From the human T2T-CHM13v2.0 reference genome, Homo sapiens, in assembly GCF_009914755.1 (NCBI RefSeq), contig NC_060931.1: a DNA stretch of 64,000 nt. One strand, written 5' to 3'. The notes below the pieces were generated by a model that ran no database searches, was not told the origin of the DNA, and was given only the letters and a program-made list of their open reading frames with translations. Position numbers and translations under genes: made by a program. Positions 15,091-38,448 of the stretch are shown here, in pieces. Positions within the stretch are counted from its first letter, which is position 1; every line of letters begins with the position of its first letter.

Positions 15091-16970
15091 ATCACCAAGA
15101 TCATGGAGTAGGAGATATTCATCCCTCCAAAGCATTCAAGTATAGACAGCTATTCACAAACTAAAATAGCCCAGAGAGGACTCAAGGGCCCATTAAAGAA
15201 TTTGCAGCAACATCGTGAAGGAAAAAATGGAGAATAACCACATAGAAAGAATTGCTGGTGTGATTGGCACACCTAAGAGGCCATGATTTGGCTAGGAACA
15301 AAGAAGAAAGGTGGAAGCTATCAGTATTAGACACAGAAAGGACCAACATTGTCTCTAGTGGCCTGCTCCACAGGAGACACTAGCATCTTTTCCCACTGAG
15401 TAACCAACAGTCATTCCTGCAAGAGAACCCCAGAGGGGGAGATGTGGCTATACCTTCCTCCTATCCCCCAAGAAGCAGTTGCTGTCGAGCTGCTTTGGGA
15501 ATGGGGTCACCACCTCTCCCAACCATGTGTAAGCTCCAGCCCTGGAGCCATGGCCACCCTGGGAATGCCCACACTCCAGACTGATAGTCTGACTACACTG
15601 GGCTCACCCATGTTTTTAACATCACAGCCAGCACCATAGTAAGCTAGTTAACACTCCAAGCCCCAGTGTTAAACTCTGCCTGCATGTGTCCACACTCCAG
15701 ACACTGACTTAACCACCATAGAGAGCTAGCCCCATCCAGGCCTCAGAGCCATTATAATTCTGTGCATACCTGTGCTCTCATTCTTGTCTCCTTGACTAAT
15801 TTATACGTATACTATTACCAACATTACAGCAGGGGCACCTGTGCCCTGGGCAACAGCTCAGCCATAGAAAGCTACGCCTTGCCCCAACCCTGAAGCCACT
15901 GAAAGACTGTGTTCTCAGCTCCCACACTACTTTGCATGTGCACTCATGCCTCACATACTATACCATGCAGCAGAAGGGGCATCTGCACCTTGAGCACCAA
16001 TGTCATTACCATTCTAATCCCAGAGCCATAATCTCTCCATGTGAGCCCATGCATCAGACCTCAGTTTCATGGCTACTCCATGAGTGTCACCCATCAGACA
16101 CTGGTGATACTGCCACTAAGAGAGGCCCTACAAGCCAGATCTAGTACCAAGAGAAATCTTCTCAGCTCCAGCTTCCCTGGTGGGGGGAAAGATCAGAAGA
16201 ACCTTAGCAGCCATCACCACTGAAGACCCTATCAATTCTTGCTGCTACTGCCAATATCCACTGCTTTGGCCACTGAGGATCCTTATGATCTTTATCAACT
16301 CTGACCTGAGCTGAAAAAGCTACACAGAGACTACAAATCTGCACCATCACTGATGCTACCCCACCCAACAAACCCTCCCTCATAGGGCATGGTCTTTCCA
16401 TAGTGAACTAGTTCATAAAATCTGGAAGGTGATTCTTTTTGGTTTTGTTGATGTTTATCTTTCCCTTATATTGATGTGTGTGCATTTGACTGCTTTACCA
16501 AACGCACACACATCAACATAAGGCAAAAATAAACATAAAAAAACAGACATAACATCATCAAAAGAACACAGTAATTTTACAGTAACTGGCCCCAATGAAA
16601 TAGAGATATATGCAATGCTTGACCAAAAAAATCAAAATAATTTTTTTAGGAAAGCTTAGTGAACTTAAAGTACAGAGAAGCAATTCAATGAAATCAGTAA
16701 AACAGTACAACCAAAACAAAGAATTAAAGAGAGAGACTGAAATTATTTTTTAATTAAATAGAAATTCTGGAGCTAAAAAACATTATAAATGAAATAATAA
16801 ATGCACTAGACAGCATCCAGCAGAAATTATCAAGTAGACAAAGAATTTGTGAAGTGAAAAACAGGTTATTTGAAAATATACAACTAAAGAAAAAGAAAGA
16901 AAAAAGAATGAGAAAAGATGAAGAAAGCTTAAGAGATTTATGAGGCAGCATCAAAAGAGAAAATGTGCAA

Positions 16971-17341
16971 TGCATTAGTCCATTCTCATACTGCTATAAG
17001 AATGTATTCAAGACTGGGTAATTTATAAGGGAAAGAGCTTTAGTTGACTCACAGTTCTACAGGGTTGGGGAGGCCTCAGGAAACTTATAATCATGGTGGA
17101 AGGGAAAGCAAACATGTCCTTCACAAGGTGGCAGGAGAGAGAAGAATGAGAACTGAGCAAAAGGGGAAGCCCCTTATAAAACCATCAGATCTCATGAGAA
17201 CTTACTATCATGAGAATACCATGGGGGAAACCACCTCCATGATTTAATTACCTCCCACTGAATTCCTCCCATGACATGTAGGGATTATGGCAACTAAAAT
17301 TCAAGATGAGATTTGGGTAGGAACATAGCCAAACTATATTA
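16971..17341 (-). mobile_element. THE1 (C/D-like) solo LTR
   Basis: tgcattagtccattctc...gggaagccccttataaaaccatcagatctc...gagatttgggtagg. TSD tgcaa/tacaa. Confidence 0.9.
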
Positions 17342-17857
17342 TACAAGTTATAGGAGTTATAGAAGGAGATGAGAGAGACAAAAAAAATATAGATTATTTA
17401 AAGAAATAATAGCAGAATAGTTTGCAAATCTGGGGAAAGATACAAATATCCAGGTGTACAAGAAGGTCAGAAGTTTCTAATCAGATTTAATGAAAATAAG
17501 ACTACACCAAGACATATTATAATCAAACTGTCAAAAATCAAAAACAGAGAAAATCCTGATAACAGCAAGAGAGAAGAGGCAAATCACATATAAGAGAGTT
17601 ATAACAAGGCTAGCAGAAAATTTCTCAGCAAAAACCTTGCAGAACAGGAGAGACTAGAAGAACATATGTAAGGAAGGAAAAACAAACTGCCAACCAAAAA
17701 TATTTACCCAACAAAGCTGTCCTTTAGGAATCAAGTAGAGAGAAAGATTTCCCCAGACAAACAAAAGCTGAAAGAGTTCATCACCACCAAACCTATTTTC
17801 CAAAAATTCTACACAGAATCTTCAAGCTAAAGGAAAAAAAAAAGAGCGAGCTAATTA

Positions 17858-19348
<1,491 letters not shown>

Positions 19349-19495
19349 GAAAATATATAAAAGTATATATCACTCACTGTTAAAAGTAAGTACATTTACA
19401 ATACTCTAATAATGTAATGGTGGTGTGTAAATCACTGATATCATTAGGATAAAGGCTAAAAGACAAAACTATTAAAAATAATAATAGCTACAATA

Positions 19496-21882
19496 GAGGT
19501 ATACCTCAGAGATATTGTGGGTTCAATTCCAGAATGCCTAAATAAAGCAAATTTCACAATAAAGCTAATCACAATATTTTTGTTTCCCAGTACATATAAA
19601 AGTTATGTTTACATTTTACTGTAGCCTTTTAAATGTGTGATAATATGTCTAAAAAGTATACATGTTAATTTAAAAATACTTAATGGCTAAAATAAAAAGA
19701 TTAACAGTCATCTGAGCCTTCATCAAATATTGGCCTTTTTACTGTTGGAAGGTCTTGCTTTGATGTTGATGACTGCTGACTTATCAGGGTGGTGGTTGCC
19801 AAAGGTTGTGGTGGCTGTGGCAATTTCTTAAAATCAGACAACAATAAAGTTTGTTGCATCAATTGACTTTTCCTTACATATAAAAAATTATCTGTAGTAT
19901 GCAATACTGTTTGATAGCATTTTACCCAGAGTAGAACTTCTTTCAAAATTGGAGTCAATTCTCTCAAATCTTGCCACTGTTTTATCAAATATGTTTATGT
20001 ACTAGTTTAAATTATTTGTTATCATTTCAGCAATGTTCACAGCATTATCACCAAGAGTAGATTCCATTTCAAGGAATCACTTTCTTTGCTCATCCATAAT
20101 AAGCAATTCCTCATCCATTCTAGTTTTATTAAGAAAGTGAAGCAATTCAGTCACATGTACACACTCCACTTCTAATTCTATTTCTCTTGCTATTTCCACC
20201 ACTTTCGCAGTACCTTTCTCCAGTGAAATCTTGAACCCATCAAAGTCATTCATAAGAGTTGGAATCAACCTTCTACACTCCTGTAAATGTTGATACATTC
20301 ACCTTCTCCCATAAATCATGAATGTTCTTAATGACATCTAAGTAGTGAGTCCTTCTGGAAGGTTTTCAATTTCCCTTGTCCTGATCCAGCAGAGGAATTA
20401 CTATCTATGGCAGCCATGGCCTTACAAAATGTATTTCTTAAATAATAACACTGGAAAGTCAAAATTACTCCTTGATCTATGGGATGCAAAATGGATGTTG
20501 TGTTAGCAGAAATGAAGACAAGTTTAATCTTTTTGTTCATCGTCATCAAAGCTCTTGGGTAACAATGTGCACTGTCAATGAGCAGTGATATTTGGAAAGG
20601 AATCTTTTTTTCTGAGCAGTAGATATCAACAGGGAGCTTAAAATATTCAGTAAACCATGCTGTGAACAGATGTGCTGCCCTTTAGGCTTTGTTGTTTTAT
20701 TTATAGAGCACAGGCACAGTAGATTAGTCTAATTGTTAAGGGCCCTAGGATCTTTAGAATGATCAATGAGCATTGGCTTCAACTCAAAGTCACCACCTGC
20801 ATTAGCTGTTAAAAAGAATATCATGATGTCCTTTGAAGCTTTGAAGCCAGGCATTGACTTCTCCTCTCTAGCTATAGAAGCGCTAGATGGCATCTTCTTC
20901 TAGTATTTTACTGTTTGTTTCCACTGAAAAACTATCGTTTACTGTAGCCACCTTCATCAGTTATCTAACCTCAATATTCTGGATAACTTAATGCAACTTC
21001 TGTATTATCACTTGATGCTTTACCTTGCATGTTTATATTACAGAGACAACTTCCATCCTTAAACCTCATGAAACAAACTATGCTAGCTTCAAACTTTTCT
21101 GCTGCAGCTTTCACATCTATCTCAGCCTTCATAGAGGTGAAGAGAGTTTAAGAACTTGTTCTGGATTAGGCTTTGGCTTAATGTTGCAACTAGTTTGATC
21201 ATATATCCAGACCACTAAAACTTTCTCCATATCAGCAGTAAGCTTGTTTCATTTTCTTGTAATTTGTGTGTTCACTGAAGTAGTCATTTTACTTTTCTTC
21301 AAGAAAGTTTCCCTTACATTCACAACTTGGCTAACTGGCCCAAAACTAAGCTTTTGGTCTATCTTGGTTTCTGACATGCTTTTTCTCCCTAAGCTAAGTC
21401 ATTTCTAGCTTTTGATTTAAAGTGAGACATGTGTGACTCTTCCTATCACTTGAACACCTAAAGACAATTTCAGGGCTATTTATTGGCTTAATTTCAATAT
21501 TACTGTGTCTCAGAGAATAGGAACAGCTGAGGAGAGGGAGACAGATGGAGGAACAACCAGTTGGTGGAGCTGTCAGTATGCACACAACATTTATCAGTTA
21601 AGTTTGTCACCTTATATGGATGTGATTTACAGCACCACAAAACAATTACAATAGTATCATCAAACATCACTTGATCACAGATAGCCTTAATGGACGTAAT
21701 AATAACAATAATGAAAAAGCTCAAAATAACCAAAATATGACACAGACATGAAATAAACACATAGTGCTGGAAAAATGACAGACTTGCTCAACACAGGGTT
21801 GCCACAAACCTTCAATTTGTAAAAAAAATGCACTATCTGTGAAGAACAATAAAGTAAATCATGACAAAATGAGGTATATTTG
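19496..21882 (-). mobile_element. Full-length Tigger1 DNA transposon (decayed transposase)
   Basis: TIR-like ends gaggtatacctc... and ...gaggtatatttg, TA on both sides, ~2.4 kb. Minus-strand pogo/Tigger DDE peptide [26 protein letters not shown]. Confidence 0.92.
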
Positions 21883-23316
21883 TAGTGTGTTAAGGGATAT
21901 ACTATATAAAAAATTTAAATTGTGACATCAAAAACTAAAATGGGGGTGGTAGAGTAAAAGTGTAGAGTTTTTGTGTGTAATCAGAGTTAAGTTATCATTT
22001 TAAAATCGCTCGTTATAAGACATTCCTTTGTAAGTCTCAAGGTAACCACAAAGCAAAACCTGTAGTAGATACATGAAAGATAAAAAGTAAGGAATCAAAG
22101 CATACCATTAGAGAAAAGCATCAACCACAGAAGAAGACAGGAAAAATAGAAGAAAGGAAAAAAAACACACAAAGCAGAAAGAGTGGAAGACAGAAAAAAA
22201 ATATATGATAGCCAGAATATAATTATTAAAATGGCAATTTAGGGCACATATAACTGAAAGTAAAAATGGAAAAAAGATATTCCATGCAAGTGGAAACCAA
22301 AATAGATGAGGGGTTGCTACATTTACATCACATAGAATAGACTTTAAGTCAATAACAGTAAAACAGGGCAAATAAGGTCATTGCATAATAATAAACGGAT
22401 TATTTCATCAGGAAGAAATAACAGTTATAAATATATATGGACCCTACACTGGATCACCTAAATATATAAAGCAAATATTAATAGACCTGAAGAGAGAAAT
22501 AGACTGCAATAAAATCATAGGTCTTCAAAATCCCACTTTTAATAAACAGATTATCTAGACAGATAATCAGTAAAGAACGATTGGATTTAAACTACACTTT
22601 AGACCAAATGGACCTAATAGACACATATAGAACATTTCACCTAGTGGCAGCAGAATATATAATCTTTTGAAGCACCCAAGGAACATTCTCCAGGATAATC
22701 ATAGAGTAAGCCACAAAACAAGTCACAACAAAATTAAGATTGAAATATATAAATTATTTTTTCAAAAACAATGACATGAAACTAGTAATCAATAATATAA
22801 GGAATTTCAAAAATGTTACAAACGTGAAAATTAAACAAGAGACTCCTCAACAATCAATAGGTCAAAGAAGAAATTAAAAGCAAAAATTTAAAATATCTTA
22901 AGATAAATGAAAATGAAAACACATCATAACAAAGCTTATGGGATGCAACAAAAGCAGGTCTAAGAGGGGAGTTTATACCAATAAATACCTACATCAAACA
23001 AAAGATTTAAAATAAATAACCTAATATTACAACTTAAGTAACTAGAAGAAGAAGAAGAGTCAGGGTTTCCCTTTCATAAAAAGGGAGAAATAATAAAAAT
23101 TAGAGAAGAAAGAAAACAAATGGAGAATAGAAAAACAATAGAAAAGATCAATGAAGAGTTAGTTCTTTGAAAAGATAAAATTGACAAACCTTTAGCTAGA
23201 ATAACTAGGAAAAAGAAGAAAACTCAAATAAAATTAGAAATGAAAGCTGAGACATTACAACTGATACCATAGAAACAAAAAGCATCATAACAAGCGACTA
23301 TGAAAAACTAAATGTC

Positions 23317-23542
23317 AGCCAGGCGTAGTGGCTCATGCCTGTAATCCCAGCACTTCGGGAGGCTGAGGCAGGCAGATCACCTGAGGTCAGGAGTTTGACA
23401 CCAGCCTGACCAACATGCAGAAACCCCGTCTCTACTAAAGATACAAAAATTAGCCAGGTGTGGTGGCGGGCCCCTGTAATCCCAACTACTCAGGAGGCTG
23501 AGGCAAGAGAATTGCTTGAACCCAGGAGGCAGAAGTTGCAGT

Positions 23543-23570
<28 letters not shown>
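23317..23570 (+). mobile_element. AluS lacking the last ~55 nt before its poly-A
   Basis: The Alu body stops at gttgcagtgcgc and is followed directly by a pure A run. Confidence 0.85.
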
Positions 23571-23576
<6 letters not shown>

Positions 23577-24421
23577 ACCTAGAGGAAATGGATAAGTTCC
23601 TAGATACACAAAAACTACCAAGACTTTGAGTATTGAAGGAATGGAAAATCTGAACACACCAATACTAAGGAGATTTAATCAGTAATAAAATGTTTCCATT
23701 CCAAGAAAAGACCAGGATCAGATGGCTTCACTGCAAAATTCTACCAAACACTTAGAGAAGAACTAATAGCAATCTTTCTCAAAGTCTTCCCCCAAAAAAG
23801 TGAAAAAAGTGTTTACTTCCAAACTCATGTTACAAAGTCAGCATTACTCTGATAACAAAGTCAGACAAGATACTATGAGAAAATTACAGGGCAATAACCC
23901 TGATGAACATAGGTTTAAAAATCCTCAACAAAATACTAGCAAACATATTTCAATAGCACACTTGAAATATTATTCACCATGATTAAGTGTAATTTATTCC
24001 TGGAATGCAACAATAGTTTAACATACACAAATTAATAAATGTGACATGCCACATTAACAAAATGAAAGATAAAAGGCATATGATCATCTTAATAGATGCA
24101 GAAAAACATCGTGACAAAATTCAATATCTTTTTGTAGTAAAAATGCTCAACAAATTAGGTACAGAAGAGAAGTGCTTCAACAAATAAAGACCACATATGA
24201 CAAGTCCACTGCTAACATCACAGTCAACAGTGGTAAACTAAAAGCTTTTCTTCTAAGATTAGGAACAAGATAAGAATGCTCACTATTGCAACTTCTATTC
24301 AACATAGTACTGGAAGTTCTAGCCAAAGAAGTAAGGCAAGAAAAAAAGAAAAGAAAAAAGAAAGGCATTCACATCAGAAAGGACAAACTTAAATTTTCTG
24401 TTTGAAGATGACCTGATCCTA

Positions 24422-25118
24422 CATATATATAAAATATATAATTTATATATAATATGTATTATGTTATAAATATATGTTATATGTTCTATGTTATATATAA
24501 TATATGTTCTATGTTATATATAATATATGTTATATGTTATATGTTATATATAATATATGTTATATGTTATATATAATATATGTTATATGTTATATATATG
24601 TTATAGGTTATATGTTATATATGTTATAGGTTATATGTTATGTTATATATATGTTATATGTTATGTTATATATGTTATATGTTATATTATATATCATATA
24701 TGTTATATGTTATATTATATATCATATATGTTATATGTTATATTATATATCATATATGTTATATGTTATATTATATATGTTATATGTTATATTATATATG
24801 TTATATGTTATATGTTATATTATATATGTTATATGTTATATATTATATTATATATGTTATATGTTATATATTATATTATATATGTTATATGTTATATATA
24901 TTATATATAATATGTTATATAATATAATATATATGTTATATATTATATATAATATGTTATATATTATATATGTTATATATTATATTATATATGTTATATG
25001 TTATATATTATATTATATATGTTATATGTTATATATTATATTATATATGTTATATGTTATATATTATATGTTATAAGTTATATATAATATAGATAATATA
25101 TAAAATATATAATATATA
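24422..25118. repeat. Complex AT-rich tandem repeat (TATGT/TATAT-based units)
   Basis: About 700 bp of tatatgttatatgttatat(att) arrays embedded in L1 ORF2. Confidence 0.95.
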
Positions 25119-26184
25119 TACACAAAACACAAAACACCACCAAAAACTGTTAAAACTAACAAATGAATTTACTATAGTTGCAGGATACAAAATCAACATG
25201 CAAAGTCAGTAATGTTTCTATACACTAACAATGAACTATCCAAAAAAAAATAGAATCTATTTACAATAACTCCAAAAAGAATAAAATACGTAGAAATGAA
25301 GTTAATCAAGTAGGTGATAGACTTATACAAAAAAACTATAATATATTGATGAAAGAAATTAAACTAGGCAAAAATTGGAAAGGCATCCTGTTTTCATAAA
25401 TATACAGACTTAATACTTTAAAGTGTCTATAAATCAAAGCTATCTACAGATTCAATGCATTCCCTATCAAAATCCCAACAGCATGTTTTACAGAAATTAA
25501 AAAAAATCAAAAATTCAAATTAAATCACAAAAGTCCCAGAATTGCCAGTGTTAACTTGAGAAAGAACAAAGCTCAAGGCATCACACTTCCTGCTTACAAA
25601 AATATATTATGAAGCTACAGTAATCGAAACAGTGTTGTACTGGCATGAAGGCAGACATATAGACAGATGAAACAGAATAAAGAAGCCAGAAATAAATCCA
25701 TGTATGTATGGTCCACTGATCTTCAACAGTGATGCCAAAAATAAACAGTGGTGCCAAAAATAAACAATGGGGAAAGGACAGTCTCCTCAACAAGGTGTTG
25801 GAAAACTGGACATCTACATGAGAAGAGTGCAATTTAACCCTTAACTTATACAATACAGAAAAAAATCAACTCAAAACAGATTAAAGACTTAAATGTAAGA
25901 CCTTAAACTATAAAATTCCTAGATAAAAACAGGGGAAATGTTCCTTGACATTTCTCTTGGCAGTGATTTTTTTGGATAAGACACCAAAAACTCAAGAAAC
26001 AAAACCACAAATAGACAAGTGGGACAACATTAAACTAAATAACTCTGGTGCAATAAAGAAAACAATGAATCAAATGAAAAGGTGACCTATGGAAAGGGAG
26101 TAAATATTTACAAGCCATACATATGATAAAGGGTTAATATCCAAAATATATTAGAAACATCTACAACTCAATTTAAAAAATAGT

Positions 26185-26970
<786 letters not shown>

Positions 26971-26974
26971 AAAC

Positions 26975-28190
26975 AAAAAGCACAGGCAACAAAAGCAAAA
27001 GTATACAAATGGGATTGCAGGAAACTAAAAAGCTTCTGCACAGCAAAAGAACTATCAACAGAGTAAAGATACAGTTTACAGAATGGGAGACTATTGGCAA
27101 ACTATGCATCTGATGAGGAGTTAATATCCAGAATATATGAGAAACTCAAACAACTCAATAGCAAAAAACAAAAAATAAACCCAATCCAAAAAATGGGCAA
27201 ATGACCTGAATAGACATTTCTCAAAAAATATATATACAAAAGAAGACATACAAATGGGCAACATGTATACGAAAATATGCTTAACATCCCTAGTCATCAG
27301 GGAAATACAAATCCAAACCACAGTAAGATACCACCTCAGTCTAGTTAGAATGGCTACTACAGAAAGACAAATGATAACAAGTGTTGGCAAGGATGTGGAG
27401 AAAGGAAACTCTTACATATTGTTGGTGGGAATGTAAATTAGAACAGTCACTATAAAAACAGTATGGAAGTTCCTTGAAAAATTAAAAATTGAACTGCCAT
27501 ATGATCCAGCAATCCCACTAATGGGTATAAACCCAAAAGTAATGAAATCAGTATGTCAAAGAGACATCTGCTGTCCTGTGTTTATTACAGCACTATTCAT
27601 AATAGCCAAGATATGGCAACAATCTATGTCCATCAATGGATGAATGAATTTAAAAATCTTGGTATATACATAATATGCAATACTATTCATTCATAAAAAA
27701 GAAAGAAATTGTTTCATCTGTGACAACATAGATGAACCTGGAGAACATTGTGTCAAGTGAAATAAGCTACACACAGAAAGAAAACTACTGCATGATTTCA
27801 CTGATATGTGGAATCTTAAAAAGTTGATCTCATAGAAGCTGAGAGTAGAATGGTGGTTAGCAGAAGCTGGTGAGGGTAAGTGAAAGAGGGTATGGGAGAA
27901 CACTGGTCAATGAGTACAATGTTAAAGTTAAATAGAGGAACGGGTTCTAGTGTTCTATTGCACATCAGGGTGAATATAAAAAACAATAGTGTATTATATA
28001 TTTCAAAATAACTTGAAGAAAGGATTTTAAATGTTCTCACCATAAAGAAATGATAAATGTTTAAGATGATGGATATTCTAATTACCCTGATTTGAGCATT
28101 ACACAATATATACACATATCAAAACATCATATCGTACCACATAAATATGTACGATTATTCTGGCTCAATTGAAAATAAAATAAAATTTTA
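26975..28190 (+). mobile_element. L1MA-like 3' fragment (separate element)
   Basis: Restarts ORF2 sequence already present at ~25980-26170 and ends in an L1MA-type 3' UTR with an A-rich tail. Confidence 0.7.
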
Positions 28191-28194
28191 GAAA

Positions 28195-31100
28195 CGTTAA
28201 GAAAGGAATATTATGAACAATCTTATCTCACAGATTTTATAACCTAGTTAAGATGGACCAATTCCTTGAAAGATACAGTCTATTATAACTCATACAGGGA
28301 GAAATAGGCAATCTAAATACTGTTAATTGTATTAAAGGAATTAATTATTGAATAAACTTCCAAAACAGAAAGCATCAAGCCCAGATGGGTTCACTGGAGT
28401 ATTCCACCAAACATTTAGGAAAGAAAACTACACCAAGTCTCTACAGTTGCATTGAAAATATAGAAGCAGAGGCAATATTTTCTAACTCATTGTATAAGGT
28501 CAGCATTACACTAATACCAAAAGCAGACAAAAATATTGCAAGGAAAAAAACACATCAATATATCTGATGAATATAGATGCAATATTTCTCAAGAAATATT
28601 AGCAAGTCAATCCAACAAATTTATAAAAATAATTCTACACTTGAGATAAGCCTGGGCAACATAGCAAGACACTGTACCTACAATAAATACAAAAATTAGC
28701 CAAGCATGGTGGTGCATACCTGTACTCCTAGCTACTTGGGAGGTTGAGGCAGGAGGATTATTTGAGCCCAGGGGTTAGAGGCTACAGTGAGCTATGATTG
28801 TGCCACTGCACTCCAGCCTGGGTGACAGAGTGAGACCCTATCTCTTAAAAAAAGAAAAAAGAATTATACACCACAAACAAGTAAGGCTTATCCCAAAAAA
28901 GTAAGACTGGTTCAACACTGGATATCAGTTAATGTAACCCATTATATCAATAGGCTAAAGAAGAAAAGTCACAAGATTATAACAACAGATTTTTAAAAAG
29001 TGTTTAACAAATTACAACACCTATTATGATTTCAAAAAAAATTCAGTAAACTAGGAATAGAAAGTAATCTTCCTCAACTTGAAAAATAACATCTACAAAA
29101 CAGCCTTCATCTGACATCTTATTTAATAGTGAGAAACTATGAGCTTTCTTGCTAAGATTAGGAAGAAAACAAGGATTTCCCTCTCACATTCCTTTTCATC
29201 ATTGTACAGTAAGTCCTAGCTAGTGCAATGAGACAAAAAAGGAAATAAAAGACACACTAATTGGAGGAGAGAAATAAAATGTTGCAGGTGACATGATTGT
29301 CTATGCAGACAATCTAAAATAATTAACCAAAAAAACTCTCCCAGAACTAATAGGCAATTAAAGCAAGATTACAGAATATGTTAATATACAAAAGTTCATT
29401 GCTTTCCTATATAACCGCAATAAACAAGTATAATTTGATATTAAAAAACAATATTATCTGCATTAGCACACCTGAAAATGAAATAATTAGGTATAAATTT
29501 AATAAAATATGTGCAAGATCTATACAAGGAAAACTACGAAACTTGAATGAAAGTAATCAAAGAAAAACTAAATAAAGAGTTATTCCATGTATACATAGGA
29601 AGATTCAATATTGTCAAGGTGTCAGATCTTCTCAACTTACTCTATGTAGATTCAACACAGTCCCAGTCAGTAACCCAGCAAGTTATTTTGTGGATATCAA
29701 CAAACTGATTCTAAACTTTATGTGAAAGACAAAACATGCAGAATGGTCAGCATAATATTGAAGGTGAAGAACAAATTTGAAGGACTGATACTTCCCAAAA
29801 TCAATATTTACTATAAAGCTATAGTAATTAAGACAGTGTGCTATTAGTGAAAGAACAAACAGGTCAATGGAACAGAATAGCAAGCCCAGAAATAGTCTGG
29901 CAAAAATATAGTCAACCAATATTTACAAAAAAGCAAAATACAATGGAGAAAAGGTCATAATTTTAACAAATGGTGCTGAAACAAGAAGACATCCACACGC
30001 CTAATAATAAATCTAAACACAGATCTTATATCCATGACAAAAACGAACATAAAAGAAAACCTAGATGACCTTGAGTATGGTGATGACTTTTTAGATACAA
30101 CACCAAAGGCATGATCCATGAAAAAAAGAACTGATAAGCTGGCATTTATTAAAATTAAAATTAAAATTTCTGCTCTGCAAAAGGCAAATGAGAAGCAAAC
30201 CACAGACTAAAGAGAATATATTTGCAAAAGGCATACCTGATAAAAGATTGTTATTCAAAATATGCAGAAGAGCTCTTAAAGCACAATAGGTAAATGAACA
30301 ATCTGATTTTAAAATGGTCAAAAAAACAGACACCTCACCAAAAAATTACACAGAAGGCAAATAAGTAAATGAAAAGATGCTCATATACTTATGAATATCT
30401 TTGTTATTAGGGAATTGCAAATTAAAACAATGATATAGCACTGCATATTTATTAGAATAATCAAAATCTAAAACATTAACAACACAAAATGCTATTGAGA
30501 ATGTGAAGCAACAGGAACGTTCACTCATTGCTAGTGGGAATACAAAATAGCACAGCCACTTCAGCGACAGTTTAGTGGTTTATTCCAAAATTACATTCTT
30601 ACCATGCATTCCAGCAATTGTGCTCCTGGGTATTTACCCAAATAAGTTGAAAACATATATTCCCACAAACACCTGCATACAAACGTTTATATCATGTTTA
30701 TTCCTATTTTCCAAACTTGGAAGCAACCAAGATGTCCTTTGGTAGGTAAATGGAGAAATAAGCTGTGGTACATCCATACAATGAAATATTATTCAGTGCT
30801 AAAAAGAAATGAGCTGTCAAGCTTATTTAAAGGTTACGTGTCTCATGCAAAGACATGGAAGAAATTTATGCATATTAGTAAGCAAAAGTGACAGTCTGAG
30901 AAGCTACATACTGTAGATTCCAACTTTATGACATTCTGGAAAAGGCAAAACTCTGGAGAAAGTGAAAACATTAGTGGTTGCCAGGGCTTGGGGAGAGGGA
31001 GGCAGAGCACAGAGGGGGAACAAAGGGCAGTAGAACTACTCTGTACTATACTATAACAGTGGACACATGTCTATACTTTTGTCAAAATACAATGTATAAC

Positions 31101-31315
31101 ACCAAGAGTGAATCCTAATGTAAACTATGAACTTTGGGTGATAATGATGTGTCAATGTAGGTTCATCCACTGTAACAAATATACCACTCTTGCATGGAAG
31201 CGTGATGGTGAGTGAGGCTCTGTGTATGGGGGACAGGGGGTTTATGGGAAATCTGTAACTTCTGCTCAATTATGTTATTAATCTAAAACTGCTCTAATAA
31301 TAAAATCTACTTTTA
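28195..31315 (+). mobile_element. L1MC-like ORF2 and 3' end, containing a 5'-truncated AluJ at 28649-28860
   Basis: Degenerate ORF2 and an L1MC-type 3' UTR (ccaagagtgaatcctaatgtaaactatgaactttgggtgataatgatgtgtc). Confidence 0.7.
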
Positions 31316-31319
31316 AACA

Positions 31320-38437
<7,118 letters not shown>

Positions 38438-38448
38438 AAAAGAAGAGG

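Noticed and set aside
19496-21882. Domesticated Tigger transposase (TIGD-like gene)
   Set aside because: The transposase frame is broken into short pieces; this is an ordinary decayed Tigger1.
24557-25076. Long Y/I/C/M/L-rich ORFs
   Set aside because: These are translations of the AT-rich tandem repeat and show no coding features.
24422-25118. Possible CRISPR-like repeat array
   Set aside because: No unique spacers and no cas genes; it is a eukaryotic low-complexity repeat.
25725-25767. ~19-bp tandem duplication aacagtg(a/g)tgccaaaaata
   Set aside because: A routine slippage duplication inside an old L1.
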